Notes: generated by a model not told the origin, from the sequence alone. Shown: positions 52,471 to 63,036, counted from the stretch's first letter. The stretch: DNA of 64,000 nt from Candidatus Cloacimonadales bacterium (GCA_963662585.1 OY759729.1:2240001-2304000); one strand, 5' to 3'. Translations and numbers: made by a program.

Positions 52471-55400
52471 ATGAAGTCATTCACATTACTACTCGTCATG
52501 TTAATAGGGTTGATAAGCTTAAATGCTGACAACTATTCTGTTAATTTTGATATCAATGATTTATCCACCACTATCAATGCTATGAAATTTCACGAGTTTA
52601 AACTCGCTGATTGTAGTGCTACCAGAGAAATCGGCCATCCAAAATTGCCTTGTAAGGTAGTAAGTTATATCATCCCTGTCAATATGAAAGTGAGCAATCT
52701 TTCAATATCAGAAAATTCTATACTTTTAAAAGGAACTTTCAATGTAATGCCAGTTCAAACTCCTGAATTTGAGAATGGAGAGAATGTAGATTTTACACCA
52801 CCAGATTCTACAATCTATGCACATAATATGATTTATCCCTATAGTAGTGCTCAGATCGTATCTCACTCATATATGGATGGTGCTAACAATATTGTTAGCA
52901 TTGCATTATTTCCATTACGATACAATCCAGTTACGGGAGTAGTAACATTTGCAAACAATATATCAATAAGCTTTAATTATGTACCATCAAGTGAGCAACC
53001 TCTTTATCCCACAAAGAGATTTGCAATTGATACTCCTAAGTATGATGCCTATCTATATAATCTTGTAGAAAATCCTAATGATATAGCCACTCATAGAAAC
53101 TTATCTAATATTGAAATTGACCCTAGTGGACCCGAAGATTTCAACTACTTGATCATCTGTCCTGATGATGTTGTTGACCTTGAACAAGGAGAAGAGAATC
53201 CCTTTGCAGAGTTTATTAACTGGAAAGAGCAAAAAGGGCACCGGGTGAGATTGTTAACCTATAACCAGATAGCAAGCTCAATTAATGCTGGGAATGGAGA
53301 TGATATTGGAACCTATTTAATAAACGACATTCCGGGAAAAGTAAGAAAATATTTGAAACACCACTGGGAAAACCATGGATTGGCAAATGTATTAATAGTC
53401 GGAGGCAAAGATGACCCTAAACGTTATGCTCATCAAATGAGCCAACTAGACCCCCCAATAAATTCACAAATTCCATCTGATTTGTATTTTTCAGATTATA
53501 ATGGAGACTGGAATAATGATAATGACCCATATGAATGCTATGGAGAATTCAGTAATAGCCTTAATACAGGATTATCTGACCAAATTGACTATCTTCAAGA
53601 AGTTTTTATCGGACGTGTTATATTGCCTCCTATTATAGATTCTCCCGCTGGTTCCCCAACTCGTAAACAAGCAATCAAAAACTGGTCAGAGAAACTGATC
53701 ACATACGAAAAAGGACCGGGAAGTGGATTTGTTGGATACACAGATTATGTCTATTATGTTACATCAAATGAAATTACTACCTCTGCTTATAATACATTAA
53801 TAGACAATGGCTTCCGAGGTCAGAAAGTCGAATCAGAAATGTATGGAGAAGTTCTAAGACCATCTGGAAGTACAGTAATTGCTAACATAAATGAGTATCT
53901 TCCTGGAATCATCATTTTCTCAGCTCATGGGAATAAATGTAGGATACGAATCGCTGACAATGATGATGAATATGATTCTATAGCTAATAGTATCACTTCT
54001 GTCGATGGCTATGTTCATCCTTCCTATAGTTATGAGAATGAATCAAATAATGGGATTGATGATCTATCAAATCCATATCAAATGTACTCACTAGTAATAG
54101 CCAAGTCTTGTAATACTGCCCAATATGACTATGCCATGAATTGGGGTAATGAAGACGCATACCCTTCTATGGCAGAAGCGTTTACAACTTTTATACCTAG
54201 TGTGGGAGGTCCATTATGGTTAGGTAATACTAGAAATGGAATAATTTCATCAACATGGGAGTATAATTTTGTAAATAACGTATTTGCTTCCGATGTTAAT
54301 ACTTCGTACCCTGAGGCAAATCCGTGGAATGCTGGAGCAGGCTTTGCTACTGCTAGATTTCAAGAGTCTTTAGGTAGTTATGCAGCACATAGCATGCATT
54401 ACTTCGGGGATCCGGATATAGATATCTGGTCAGCAAATCCCGGGAAATTGAGAGTTGAGATAATTATTGAGAGTAACTCTGTTTGCCTGTACGATGAAAA
54501 TGGTAATGTTATTGAAAACGGAAGGATAGTATTCCAGAGTGATACACAGAAAAGTATCGTATATACAAATAACAATGGTATTGCTACCACAGACATTGTA
54601 TTTAAAAAAGTTTCTGCATTCAAACACAATTTTGTTCCTGATTTCATTCGGGTTATTAGAGGAACTGAAACTATTTCATCATCAGTAGAACAAGCTTGCG
54701 AATTAGAAACAAGAGTAATAGTTCCAGAAAGTGCTACATTAATACTTGATGGTGATATTACATTATTGTATAAATCACAAATTATTGTTGAAGGAGAGTT
54801 AAGGGTAATAAGCAACTCGGTTGTTACTGGGACTATTGCCTCAAATCAATATGGCGAGAATAAAATTACAGTCAATGGAAGTATTTTTTTGGGTACAAAT
54901 GTTGAGTTTATGGCTCCGATTGGAAAAACGTGGAATGGACTTATTATCAATTCCCAGGATAACCTAACACTTAACAATTGCTCTTTCTTACGAACTCCTT
55001 TAGAAATTAACAATACTACTGCTCAGTTTAACTCCTGTGATTTATCTGATGCCTTGTTTACTGCCTCGAGCAGCAATGTCATTTTTAGTGATTGCAATAT
55101 AAATAATTGTAATAACTCTGTAAATCAATCAACTATTAGTTATTCTGGAACTGATGGATTGCAAAGCAATATAGATTGCTCAGATTCTGATGTTATTATA
55201 CTTGAAGGGATATTTATAGAAAGTCCTTTCACTATTAGTGGAAACCTTTATATGAATGGTACAGAAATGCAAGCTGATGATTGTTCTCATGGTGGCATAG
55301 AAACAATAAATTCTGTAGTTAATATTGAGAATTGCATATTTAATAATAATAGCATTTTATGCCGTTCTGAAGGGTTTCATCAAAGTAATGTTTCAGTATA

Positions 55401-56790
55401 TTTCAGCAATAACATGCTCGATACAGGGGGAATAGAATTAGTTTCTATACCAAACTACACAATTATTGACAACACAATAACAGATGCATATTCTTATGGT
55501 ATTTCGATAAAATTTAGCGGAAACAGCGGAACTTGTATAGTTGAAAATAATACTATCGAAAATAATGGAACAGTGGGCATATATCTGTGGGGTTCTTATT
55601 GCGATATAAAAGATAGTAATCATATTCAATTTAACGATTCTTATGGTATTATGGCAAATAGTTTTAGTTCCTGGTCATTAGTTGGTAATAACCAACACAA
55701 TTTTGCTCATCAGATTATCAGAGACAATACAAATTTTCAACTCTGGATGCACCAAAACTCAACTCCTGATATTGTAAGATTCAACAACATACAAAATAAC
55801 AACCATAATTCTCCTTGGGTTAAAATTAATCAGAATCCGAATAACATGGTTGATATTCGATACAATTATTGGGGTAATAATTTCCATCCAGAACAAGACC
55901 TCATTCCATTTTCATCTTTTGATTTTGAACCTATTTGGATACCTGGAAACATCCCCTATATTGAAGAAACAACAGCAGCCGCTTTATATAGGATTGCGTA
56001 TAATCATGAACTTACAGAAGAGTTCGCTGAAGCAATAGCAGATTATAAACAATTGATTAGTGAGTTTCCTGACACAGAACAAGTCGTACTTGCTGCCAAG
56101 GCTTTGTTGCGAATAGAAGAGAAGAAAAAGTACAAGACTGATTGGAGTTCTGATTTTAATACACTAAAAAATTATTACAATACTGAGAATAACCTTCGTT
56201 TAACAAATGACTTTGAGTTTATTACAAACTGCTTGTCTACGAAGTGTGACATTAAATTGGAGAACTATGAAGATGCTATCAGTTTTTATGAAAACGTAAT
56301 TGACGATCCACCTTCTGTTATTGATTCTATATGTGCTATTATAGATCTAGGGCATGTTTATTTATTGATTGATGATGATAAAAATCAAACCAGTTATGTG
56401 GGGAAAAAACCTCAATTCAAAGTAACTTCTTTTACTGAATGGGAATCTCGAGTAAATACACTCCTTACACTATTAGACAACGAAATATTAAATGAAGAAC
56501 ATAATATCCCTTCTACTGTAACCATGATAAGAAACTATCCCAACCCCTTCAATCCTTCGACCACAATATCTTTCTCAATACCTACAGATATGAGATGTAA
56601 GTTGGATGTGTTTAATCTTCGCGGTCAAAAAGTTAAGGTTCTTGTAAATGAAAACCTTAAGGCAGGAGAACATAATGTTATTTGGAATGGTAAAAACACA
56701 AATAACCGAAAAGTTGCATCAGGTGTTTATTTTTATCGACTAACAACAAGCAAAAAACACTTGACACATAAAATGATAATGATGAAATAA
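52471..56790 (+). CDS. C25 gingipain-family peptidase with beta-helix, TPR-like region and T9SS-type CTD
   Basis: Propeptide region, F..WK.QKG, SDLYFSD, EVFIGR, AHGN (His), SCNT (Cys), FGDP; NYPNPFNPSTTI CTD; ATG 52471 after GGAGG. Confidence 0.88.
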   Translation: MKSFTLLLVMLIGLISLNADNYSVNFDINDLSTTINAMKFHEFKLADCSATREIGHPKLPCKVVSYIIPVNMKVSNLSISENSILLKGTFNVMPVQTPEFENGENVDFTPPDSTIYAHNMIYPYSSAQIVSHSYMDGANNIVSIALFPLRYNPVTGVVTFANNISISFNYVPSSEQPLYPTKRFAIDTPKYDAYLYNLVENPNDIATHRNLSNIEIDPSGPEDFNYLIICPDDVVDLEQGEENPFAEFINWKEQKGHRVRLLTYNQIASSINAGNGDDIGTYLINDIPGKVRKYLKHHWENHGLANVLIVGGKDDPKRYAHQMSQLDPPINSQIPSDLYFSDYNGDWNNDNDPYECYGEFSNSLNTGLSDQIDYLQEVFIGRVILPPIIDSPAGSPTRKQAIKNWSEKLITYEKGPGSGFVGYTDYVYYVTSNEITTSAYNTLIDNGFRGQKVESEMYGEVLRPSGSTVIANINEYLPGIIIFSAHGNKCRIRIADNDDEYDSIANSITSVDGYVHPSYSYENESNNGIDDLSNPYQMYSLVIAKSCNTAQYDYAMNWGNEDAYPSMAEAFTTFIPSVGGPLWLGNTRNGIISSTWEYNFVNNVFASDVNTSYPEANPWNAGAGFATARFQESLGSYAAHSMHYFGDPDIDIWSANPGKLRVEIIIESNSVCLYDENGNVIENGRIVFQSDTQKSIVYTNNNGIATTDIVFKKVSAFKHNFVPDFIRVIRGTETISSSVEQACELETRVIVPESATLILDGDITLLYKSQIIVEGELRVISNSVVTGTIASNQYGENKITVNGSIFLGTNVEFMAPIGKTWNGLIINSQDNLTLNNCSFLRTPLEINNTTAQFNSCDLSDALFTASSSNVIFSDCNINNCNNSVNQSTISYSGTDGLQSNIDCSDSDVIILEGIFIESPFTISGNLYMNGTEMQADDCSHGGIETINSVVNIENCIFNNNSILCRSEGFHQSNVSVYFSNNMLDTGGIELVSIPNYTIIDNTITDAYSYGISIKFSGNSGTCIVENNTIENNGTVGIYLWGSYCDIKDSNHIQFNDSYGIMANSFSSWSLVGNNQHNFAHQIIRDNTNFQLWMHQNSTPDIVRFNNIQNNNHNSPWVKINQNPNNMVDIRYNYWGNNFHPEQDLIPFSSFDFEPIWIPGNIPYIEETTAAALYRIAYNHELTEEFAEAIADYKQLISEFPDTEQVVLAAKALLRIEEKKKYKTDWSSDFNTLKNYYNTENNLRLTNDFEFITNCLSTKCDIKLENYEDAISFYENVIDDPPSVIDSICAIIDLGHVYLLIDDDKNQTSYVGKKPQFKVTSFTEWESRVNTLLTLLDNEILNEEHNIPSTVTMIRNYPNPFNPSTTISFSIPTDMRCKLDVFNLRGQKVKVLVNENLKAGEHNVIWNGKNTNNRKVASGVYFYRLTTSKKHLTHKMIMMK

Positions 56791-56807
56791 ATATATTCAC
56801 CTAAAAT

Positions 56808-56834
56808 AGGGGTTTGTATCAAACAAGCCCCTTT
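56808..56834 (+). terminator. Intergenic hairpin (terminator or mRNA stabiliser)
   Basis: AGGGGTTTGT...ACAAGCCCCT with a short T-tract. Confidence 0.55.
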
Positions 56835-56851
56835 AACTAAAAGGATACATA

Positions 56852-59290
56852 ATGAAAAGAATATGGTTAATATCTTTGTTATTTCTTACAGCTATGATTT
56901 TGAAAGCAACAATACATGAGGTCGCTATAGATGGTACTCAAAATTGGCCTACAATATCTTATGCACTCGAATATTGCATATCTGGAGATACAATATTGGT
57001 TCATCCTGGTCATTATAACGAGAATCTAAATTTTTCAGGCAAAGATATAACACTCTTAAGTACTTTCATATTAGATAACAATCCTGAACATATTGAAACT
57101 ACGGTTATAGATGGTAATCTTGATAAAACAATCTATATACCTAACCAAGAAACTGTTATTATTGATGGATTTACTATAACAAATAATGATGAGCATAATT
57201 TCTATAACGGTATTTGGGGCGCTAGTGGTATACAGAATGAAGGTAATTTGGTTCTTAAGAATTCTATTGTTAGAGATTGTACAAATGGTGATGGAGGGGG
57301 CATAATTAGTATTGAAACATCAAGTTTAACTCTTGAAAATGTATCTATATATAATAATATAGCCTTAGGCTCAGGTGGGGGTATTTACATAATCTCTGGC
57401 TGTGAACTAGAATTGATAAACACATCAATCTATAATAATGTTGCATCTTATGGCATGGATATTGGTTTTAGTGGTTCAGAAGATAATCTTATAGAGTATA
57501 ACATAAATCTAATAAAGGGAAGTATTGCATTAAATGAATATGATGATTACTTCATTATGGCAAGTGGTAATTATAGAAATTATTATGATGATTATGTCTC
57601 AGTAAACATTGAGAGTGGCTATTTTGAAGAAATTGATGAAGATCTGTTTGTTAGTCCTAATGGTAATGATTCTAATAGTGGATTATCTGAAACAGAACCT
57701 TTAAAGACAATTACTAGAGGGTTACAGCTAATTAAAGCTAATGAAAATAATAGAAATACACTACATTTAATGCCAGGTACTTATAAACAATCAGAAGGTC
57801 AAATTACACCTGTAGGGATAAAATCAAATATAATTGTGCAAGGTTATGGCATTGGAGAAACTATATTGGATGGCGAAGAGACAACAGCTTTTTTGCATTG
57901 TGCATATCAAAGCAATATTGAAATTAGCGATATTACATTTAGGGATTTACGCTCAGTATATTGGTCTATAAATGGTTCTCTATCATTTCAAAGTTGTCAA
58001 GAGGCCATTATCAAGGACTTAGAATTTGATAATTGTCTGGTAGATGTTGGTTCTGGAATTTATGTTGTTTTCTCAGAAAATGTCAACATTGAAAATATAC
58101 TAATACATAATGTTACAAATAGTTTAGATTGGGATAGTGCAATGGCTATTGCCATAAAGTATAGTGACAATATAATGTGCAACAATATTATTTATACTAA
58201 CTCTTCTTTTACAGGTCTTGATAAATTTTTTGGTTATGATATAGATGATGCAGATGTAGAGCTTAGAAACTGTATTATATCAAATATACAAGCCGAGGAG
58301 GGTTCAATCTTCCAATATGACAACATGAGAAATGATTATGGCTTAGATAATGAAATAGAGATACATAACATGCTAGTTTTTAATAATGAATTTGAGATTC
58401 GGACTATAAATTGGCCCTTTAAGCTGTTTAATATACATCATCTTCCAAGAATATACAACTCAACATTTGCGAATAATAGTGTTAATAAAAGTTTTGTTAC
58501 CATCTATGGAGGAGTTGAAGTCTTTAATTCAATATTCTATAACCCTGAATCATGGGGTGATTTTGGTATTGCTAATGACCTACCCTACTACGACCCTAAT
58601 CACGAGGAACAAGAAGCTTTCATTTACAATAGTTTAATAAATAATGACAATTATAATCTTTTTGCAACTTATATCCCTGAATTAGTGCAGTGGGAAGATA
58701 ACTTAATTGGCCAAGTACCTCTATTTGCAGGTGAATTTAATGATTCACTTGATGTTTCTGATGTTGAATACTATGAACTAGCAGAACAGTCACCTTGTAT
58801 TGATGCTGGTCACTTTGATACGAGTTTCTTACTTGAAACTGATTTAGCAGGTAATCAGCGAGTTTGGGGTGGTGCTGTAGATATGGGGGCTTTTGAATTT
58901 GGTGCACCTGCAGTAGCTAATTATGAGGAAGAAGTTGAAGCTGTTAAAATGTCTAATATCAGTGTTTATCCTAATCCCGTAAACTTAAGTGGAAAAGCCT
59001 CAAGAAGTAGTTGTAGTATCGAATTTGTAATACCCAAGCAGACGGATAAACCAGTTGTTTCAATATATAATATCAAAGGACAAAAGGTTAGTAGTTGGAG
59101 GGTTAATAATAGTTATCAGGATATGCAGAAACATGCAGGTTTAAGAGAAAATAATAGTGGCAAGCAACTATACTCTACAATTTGGAATATGAAAAACAGT
59201 AATAACAGACCTGTTGCAAGTGGACTTTATCTAATCAGAGCAGAAACAGATAACTATGCAGCAGTTGGAAAAATGATAATAATAAAATAG
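56852..59290 (+). CDS. Right-handed beta-helix protein (DUF1565-like, choice-of-anchor Q-like) with T9SS-type CTD
   Basis: GDTILVHPG.Y.EN, GGGI repeats, VSPNGNDSNSG....PLKTI, SPCIDAG...DLAGN.R....VDMGAFE, YPNP...IYNIKGQ CTD. Confidence 0.85.
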   Translation: MKRIWLISLLFLTAMILKATIHEVAIDGTQNWPTISYALEYCISGDTILVHPGHYNENLNFSGKDITLLSTFILDNNPEHIETTVIDGNLDKTIYIPNQETVIIDGFTITNNDEHNFYNGIWGASGIQNEGNLVLKNSIVRDCTNGDGGGIISIETSSLTLENVSIYNNIALGSGGGIYIISGCELELINTSIYNNVASYGMDIGFSGSEDNLIEYNINLIKGSIALNEYDDYFIMASGNYRNYYDDYVSVNIESGYFEEIDEDLFVSPNGNDSNSGLSETEPLKTITRGLQLIKANENNRNTLHLMPGTYKQSEGQITPVGIKSNIIVQGYGIGETILDGEETTAFLHCAYQSNIEISDITFRDLRSVYWSINGSLSFQSCQEAIIKDLEFDNCLVDVGSGIYVVFSENVNIENILIHNVTNSLDWDSAMAIAIKYSDNIMCNNIIYTNSSFTGLDKFFGYDIDDADVELRNCIISNIQAEEGSIFQYDNMRNDYGLDNEIEIHNMLVFNNEFEIRTINWPFKLFNIHHLPRIYNSTFANNSVNKSFVTIYGGVEVFNSIFYNPESWGDFGIANDLPYYDPNHEEQEAFIYNSLINNDNYNLFATYIPELVQWEDNLIGQVPLFAGEFNDSLDVSDVEYYELAEQSPCIDAGHFDTSFLLETDLAGNQRVWGGAVDMGAFEFGAPAVANYEEEVEAVKMSNISVYPNPVNLSGKASRSSCSIEFVIPKQTDKPVVSIYNIKGQKVSSWRVNNSYQDMQKHAGLRENNSGKQLYSTIWNMKNSNNRPVASGLYLIRAETDNYAAVGKMIIIK

Positions 59291-59401
59291 TTTCTATAAT
59301 ACTAAAACTTAAAGCTATGTCAGTTGCAGTTTTTGTTAATGATATATGTTAATTGTTCAATATGTAGAAGTTAAACTGGTATAGAAATTTATGCTTCTCT
59401 C

Positions 59402-59473
59402 TCAAGTAGAGTGGGAACTAAATCTAATAGTAAATCAAGAAACTTAAAAATCTTCTTAGCTGCAGAGGCAGCG
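59402..59473. repeat. 72-bp dispersed repeat (copy 2)
   Basis: Direct copy of 43874-43945. Confidence 0.9.
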
Positions 59474-59586
59474 AAATATTTCCATTCCTTATTAAGTATA
59501 TTTTCATCTCTAAATAGTTCTTGACTTATTTTTTAGCAAAGTCCAAAAATGGCATTATAAAAAAATATTAATTTTTGGAGATAATT

Positions 59587-60657
59587 ATGTACAGATTTAG
59601 AAAAGATCTGGAGGCTAAAAAAGCTGTCGAGGTTAATGTTCCACACAAGAAAGTAATGATGTGTCTCAATGAGAGCACTCTCAATCCCTTAGATGCGGTC
59701 AAAGACCAGTTATTAGAAAACCTTAAATCCGTTCCTTTAAACAGATATTTTAATGATATTACCCCTAAATTAAGAGAAAAATTAGCTGAATATGTAGGTT
59801 ATGGAATTAAAACAAGTCAAATTTTATTCGGGAATGGGGCAGATGAGATGCTTTATTATATCTTCAACAGCGTGAGAGAAAGCGTTAGAAGTTATGCAGT
59901 TTCCCTTGCTCCTTCATACTTTGACTATAAGAGTTATTGCGATGCTGTTGGTTTAGGTTTTGAACCTATTGAACTTAATAAAGATTTTAACTTTTCTGCT
60001 GAAGAATATTTAGAGAAACTTAATCACCCTAATTGCAAACTTGGTATTTTGTGTAACCCTAATAACCCAACAGGTAATTTAATTCCAGATAAAAAAATAG
60101 TTCATATCTTAGAAAATACTGATAAATTAGTTCTTCTTGATGAAACATATTTTGAGTTCTCAGGTATTACTTTTGCTGATGTCTTGCATAAATATCCTAA
60201 TTTAATAATAGTAAGATCATTCTCTAAAGCTTTCTCCGTTGCCGGTTTAAGATTTGGCTATCTTATCACTTCTGAAGAAAATGCTAGAGAATTAGGGAAA
60301 GTTATGACTGCTTTCCATAGTAGTTTGATGATTCAAACTTTTGCTTACACTATCTTAGAAAATAAAGAAATCTTCTTAGATCATACAGAAAATGTTAAAG
60401 ATATTAGAAATAAACTCTATATCTGGATGCTCTCTCAAGATTATATCACTGTCTATCCTTCTCACACTAATTTCCTTATCTTCACTATCGGTGACTCTAC
60501 TCCAGAACTCTTTGAATACCTTTCTAAGAATGATGTGGCTTTAAGACCAGTTTGGGGACACCCATTACTTAAAAACCATATTAGAATAAGTATTGGTACA
60601 CAAGAAGAAGTTGAACTCTTTATGGGGCTATTCTTGAAGTTTATTGATAGGTTCTAA
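59587..60657 (+). CDS. hisC: Histidinol-phosphate aminotransferase-family PLP enzyme (HisC-like)
   Basis: LNE, GNGADE, CNPNNPTG, DETYFEF, RSFSKAF..AGLR.GY, RISIGT; ATG 59587. Substrate not certain. Confidence 0.8.
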   Translation: MYRFRKDLEAKKAVEVNVPHKKVMMCLNESTLNPLDAVKDQLLENLKSVPLNRYFNDITPKLREKLAEYVGYGIKTSQILFGNGADEMLYYIFNSVRESVRSYAVSLAPSYFDYKSYCDAVGLGFEPIELNKDFNFSAEEYLEKLNHPNCKLGILCNPNNPTGNLIPDKKIVHILENTDKLVLLDETYFEFSGITFADVLHKYPNLIIVRSFSKAFSVAGLRFGYLITSEENARELGKVMTAFHSSLMIQTFAYTILENKEIFLDHTENVKDIRNKLYIWMLSQDYITVYPSHTNFLIFTIGDSTPELFEYLSKNDVALRPVWGHPLLKNHIRISIGTQEEVELFMGLFLKFIDRF

Positions 60658-60673
60658 AGATCTTTTTACTATT

Positions 60674-60748
60674 AAAAAAGGCACTGATTTCTCAGTGCCT
60701 TAATTTATATGTGAATTAATGAATACTATTTATAATCAACTTTATATT
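60674..60748. repeat. 75-bp direct repeat copy 1 (terminator plus duplicated 3' end of the PPIase gene)
   Basis: Identical to 61772-61846; contains hairpin AAGGCACTGA-TTTC-TCAGTGCCTT. Confidence 0.95.
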
Positions 60749-61075
60749 AATATTAATTTAGTAACAATGGGCATATGCACCTTGTTTGTTTAGCCGAAGA
60801 ATATAAAGCTAGTCATTGAGGTTGGTTATTTTCAAACCACAACTCAGTCAAATAGCTTTAACTGAATAATCCTTATGACTATTCAAATAGTCACTTTAAT
60901 ATAATTATTGACAACTCTAGTGGTCAGTTTATATTTTATCTCTCAGATAGAAGATCATATTTTAGATTTAGGGACTGTTACTCTTTTTCTAATTGGATTT
61001 TTGTGGCTCTTGTAAATGTCTGGTGGAAATAATATAGATCAATGAGAATTTTTCATTACTAGTGTTATTCTTAGA

Positions 61076-61366
61076 ATATCCCTGAAGGGGATTAAATAGT
61101 TTAGCCTGGGGTAAGATCCTATAAGGATCGTCACCCCAGGTACAATATCCAAAATTACGACCATAACCCTGTAAGGATTTAATAGAAGGCTAATTAGTTT
61201 ATATAATAAACTATTGGTAGATATTTTTTTATTAAACCCTTACAGGGTTACACTTTTTTAATACATCATAACCCAGGGTTGCAATCCCTTGAGTCTTCGC
61301 TTAAGCTTCGCCCTCACAAGTCAGGATTTTACCCTGGGCTAAACTATTAATCCCCGTTGGGGATAT
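61076..61366. repeat. Long inverted-repeat (REPIN/MITE-like) element; partial diverged copy at ~61550-61710
   Basis: Arms 61076-61120 and 61323-61366 are near reverse complements; inner arms ~61166-61183 and 61230-61249. Confidence 0.8.
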
Positions 61367-61771
61367 AAGACATATCCCTTCAGGATTAAGTCTTATTTAG
61401 CATAAAAACTTCTATTTCTTATACACTATAAACCATAACTTACGGCTCTTGTTCAAGTCTGGTGGTAGAAACAGAGTAATTATAAATGTTAACTTTTAGT
61501 TTATTAATAATTTATATTCCTAATGCTAAAAATTAGTATTTAGTTTTTTCTATTAAACCTTTTGAGTCTTCGCATAAAGCTACGCCCTCACAAGAGCGGG
61601 TTAGCTCGTTTTAGGGTGGATATCATACCCAGGGCTGCAATCCTTACAGGATTTGACCATGGGCTATCATATTAACACCCTTCCAGGGCTTTCTTGAACC
61701 CTTTCAGGGTTTATGAATTTATAAAACACTGCATACCTCAACTTTAGCTGTCTTTATAACCAAACAACATA

Positions 61772-61846
61772 AAAAAAGGCACTGATTTCTCAGTGCCTTA
61801 ATTTATATGTGAATTAATGAATACTATTTATAATCAACTTTATATT
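61772..61846. repeat. 75-bp direct repeat copy 2 (native PPIase stop and terminator)
   Basis: Identical to 60674-60748; overlaps the last codons of 61824..62570. Confidence 0.95.
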
Positions 61847-62570
61847 TGTTTTTAAGTTCTTCAACTTTAGCAACATAAACTTCTCTTTGTTTCATAGTCA
61901 TAAGTTCATTAGCAATAGTTTGCTTAACTTGGTCAAGTTCTACATCTTGAGCAGGAGTTTTAGCATCTAATTTGATGATGTGATAACCAAATTGAGTTTT
62001 AACAGGTTCTGAAATTTCACCAACTTCCATTTTGAAAGCAGCTTCTTCGAATTCAGGAACCATTCTACCGCGTGAGAAAGAACCTAATGATCCACCTTGT
62101 TCTTTAGAAGGACATGATGAATGTTCTTTAGCAGCAGTAGCGAAGTCTAACTCTTCACCCTTAATCTTGTTATAGATTTCTTGGCAAGCTTCTTCGTCAT
62201 CAACTAAGATATGACTTGCAGAAACTTCTTCAGCTTTAGCATATTTAGCTTTGTTTGCATCAAAGTGAGCTTGAAGTTCTTCTTCGCTAACTTTAGCACT
62301 CATGAGTAAATTATTAATATTGATCTGAGTTAAAACAGTCTCTTTCAATCTTTCTAATTCTTGTTTGAAAACATCAGTATCTTCAATTTTATTATCAATA
62401 GCATCTGCAAGAAGTAATTTTTGATTAACTAATTCGTTAAGAATTTGGGCTTTTCCCTCATCATTGTTAAATTGAGCAGCTCTTTCTTGACCTAATTGTT
62501 GTAGAAAAATATTCACATCTTGACTTGTAATATCTTTCCCTTCTACAGTAGCTAAAATTTTGTTTTCCAT
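61824..62570 (-). CDS. Parvulin/PpiC-type peptidyl-prolyl isomerase (PrsA-like, no signal peptide)
   Basis: [42 protein letters not shown]. Confidence 0.95.
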   Translation of the reverse strand: MENKILATVEGKDITSQDVNIFLQQLGQERAAQFNNDEGKAQILNELVNQKLLLADAIDNKIEDTDVFKQELERLKETVLTQININNLLMSAKVSEEELQAHFDANKAKYAKAEEVSASHILVDDEEACQEIYNKIKGEELDFATAAKEHSSCPSKEQGGSLGSFSRGRMVPEFEEAAFKMEVGEISEPVKTQFGYHIIKLDAKTPAQDVELDQVKQTIANELMTMKQREVYVAKVEELKNKYKVDYK

Positions 62571-62675
62571 TTTATCTCCTCTTATTTATTCTTTGTGTAA
62601 GAAATATTTAATTAGCATATTCGTCAAATGTTTTCTCCCGATAAAAAAAATGCCTGCATAAGCAGGCTGTAAAAT

Positions 62676-62750
62676 TGGCGACCCCTAGGGGAATCGAACC
62701 CCTGTTGCAAGAATGAAAATCTTGAGTCCTAACCACTAGACGAAGGGGTC
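62676..62750 (-). tRNA. tRNA-Glu (TTC)
   Basis: Reverse complement GACCCCT...CAAGA-TTTTCAT-TCTTG...GGTTCGATTCC...GGGGTCGCCA. Confidence 0.97.
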
Positions 62751-62787
62751 AGTTTATTCGTAAAAAACTGACAAAGCTATTTTTTTG

Positions 62788-62863
62788 TGGCATCTCCAAG
62801 GGGAATTGAACCCCTGTTGCTGGAATGAGAATCCAGAGTCCTAGGCCACTAGACGATGGAGAC
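62788..62863 (-). tRNA. tRNA-Glu (CTC)
   Basis: Reverse complement GTCTCCA...CTGGA-TTCTCAT-TCCAG...GGTTCAATTCC...TGGAGATGCCA. Confidence 0.97.
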
Positions 62864-62879
62864 TTGATTGATGTTATAT

Positions 62880-62954
62880 TGGCGACCCCTAGGGGAATCG
62901 AACCCCTGTTGCAAGAATGAAAATCTTGAGTCCTAACCACTAGACGAAGGGGTC
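62880..62954 (-). tRNA. tRNA-Glu (TTC), identical to 62676-62750
   Basis: Same cloverleaf and encoded CCA. Confidence 0.97.
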
Positions 62955-62961
62955 ATAGGAA

Positions 62962-63036
62962 TGGTGATCCAGGATGGGCTCGAACCATCGACTCTCTACT
63001 TAAAAGGCAGATACTCTACCACTGAGTTACTGGACC
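62962..63036 (-). tRNA. tRNA-Lys (TTT)
   Basis: Reverse complement GGTCCAG...TCTGC-CTTTTAA-GTAGA...GGTTCGAGCCC...CTGGATCACCA. Confidence 0.96.

Noticed and set aside
62749..62940. 63 aa minus-strand ORF
   Set aside because: Overlaps the tRNA genes.
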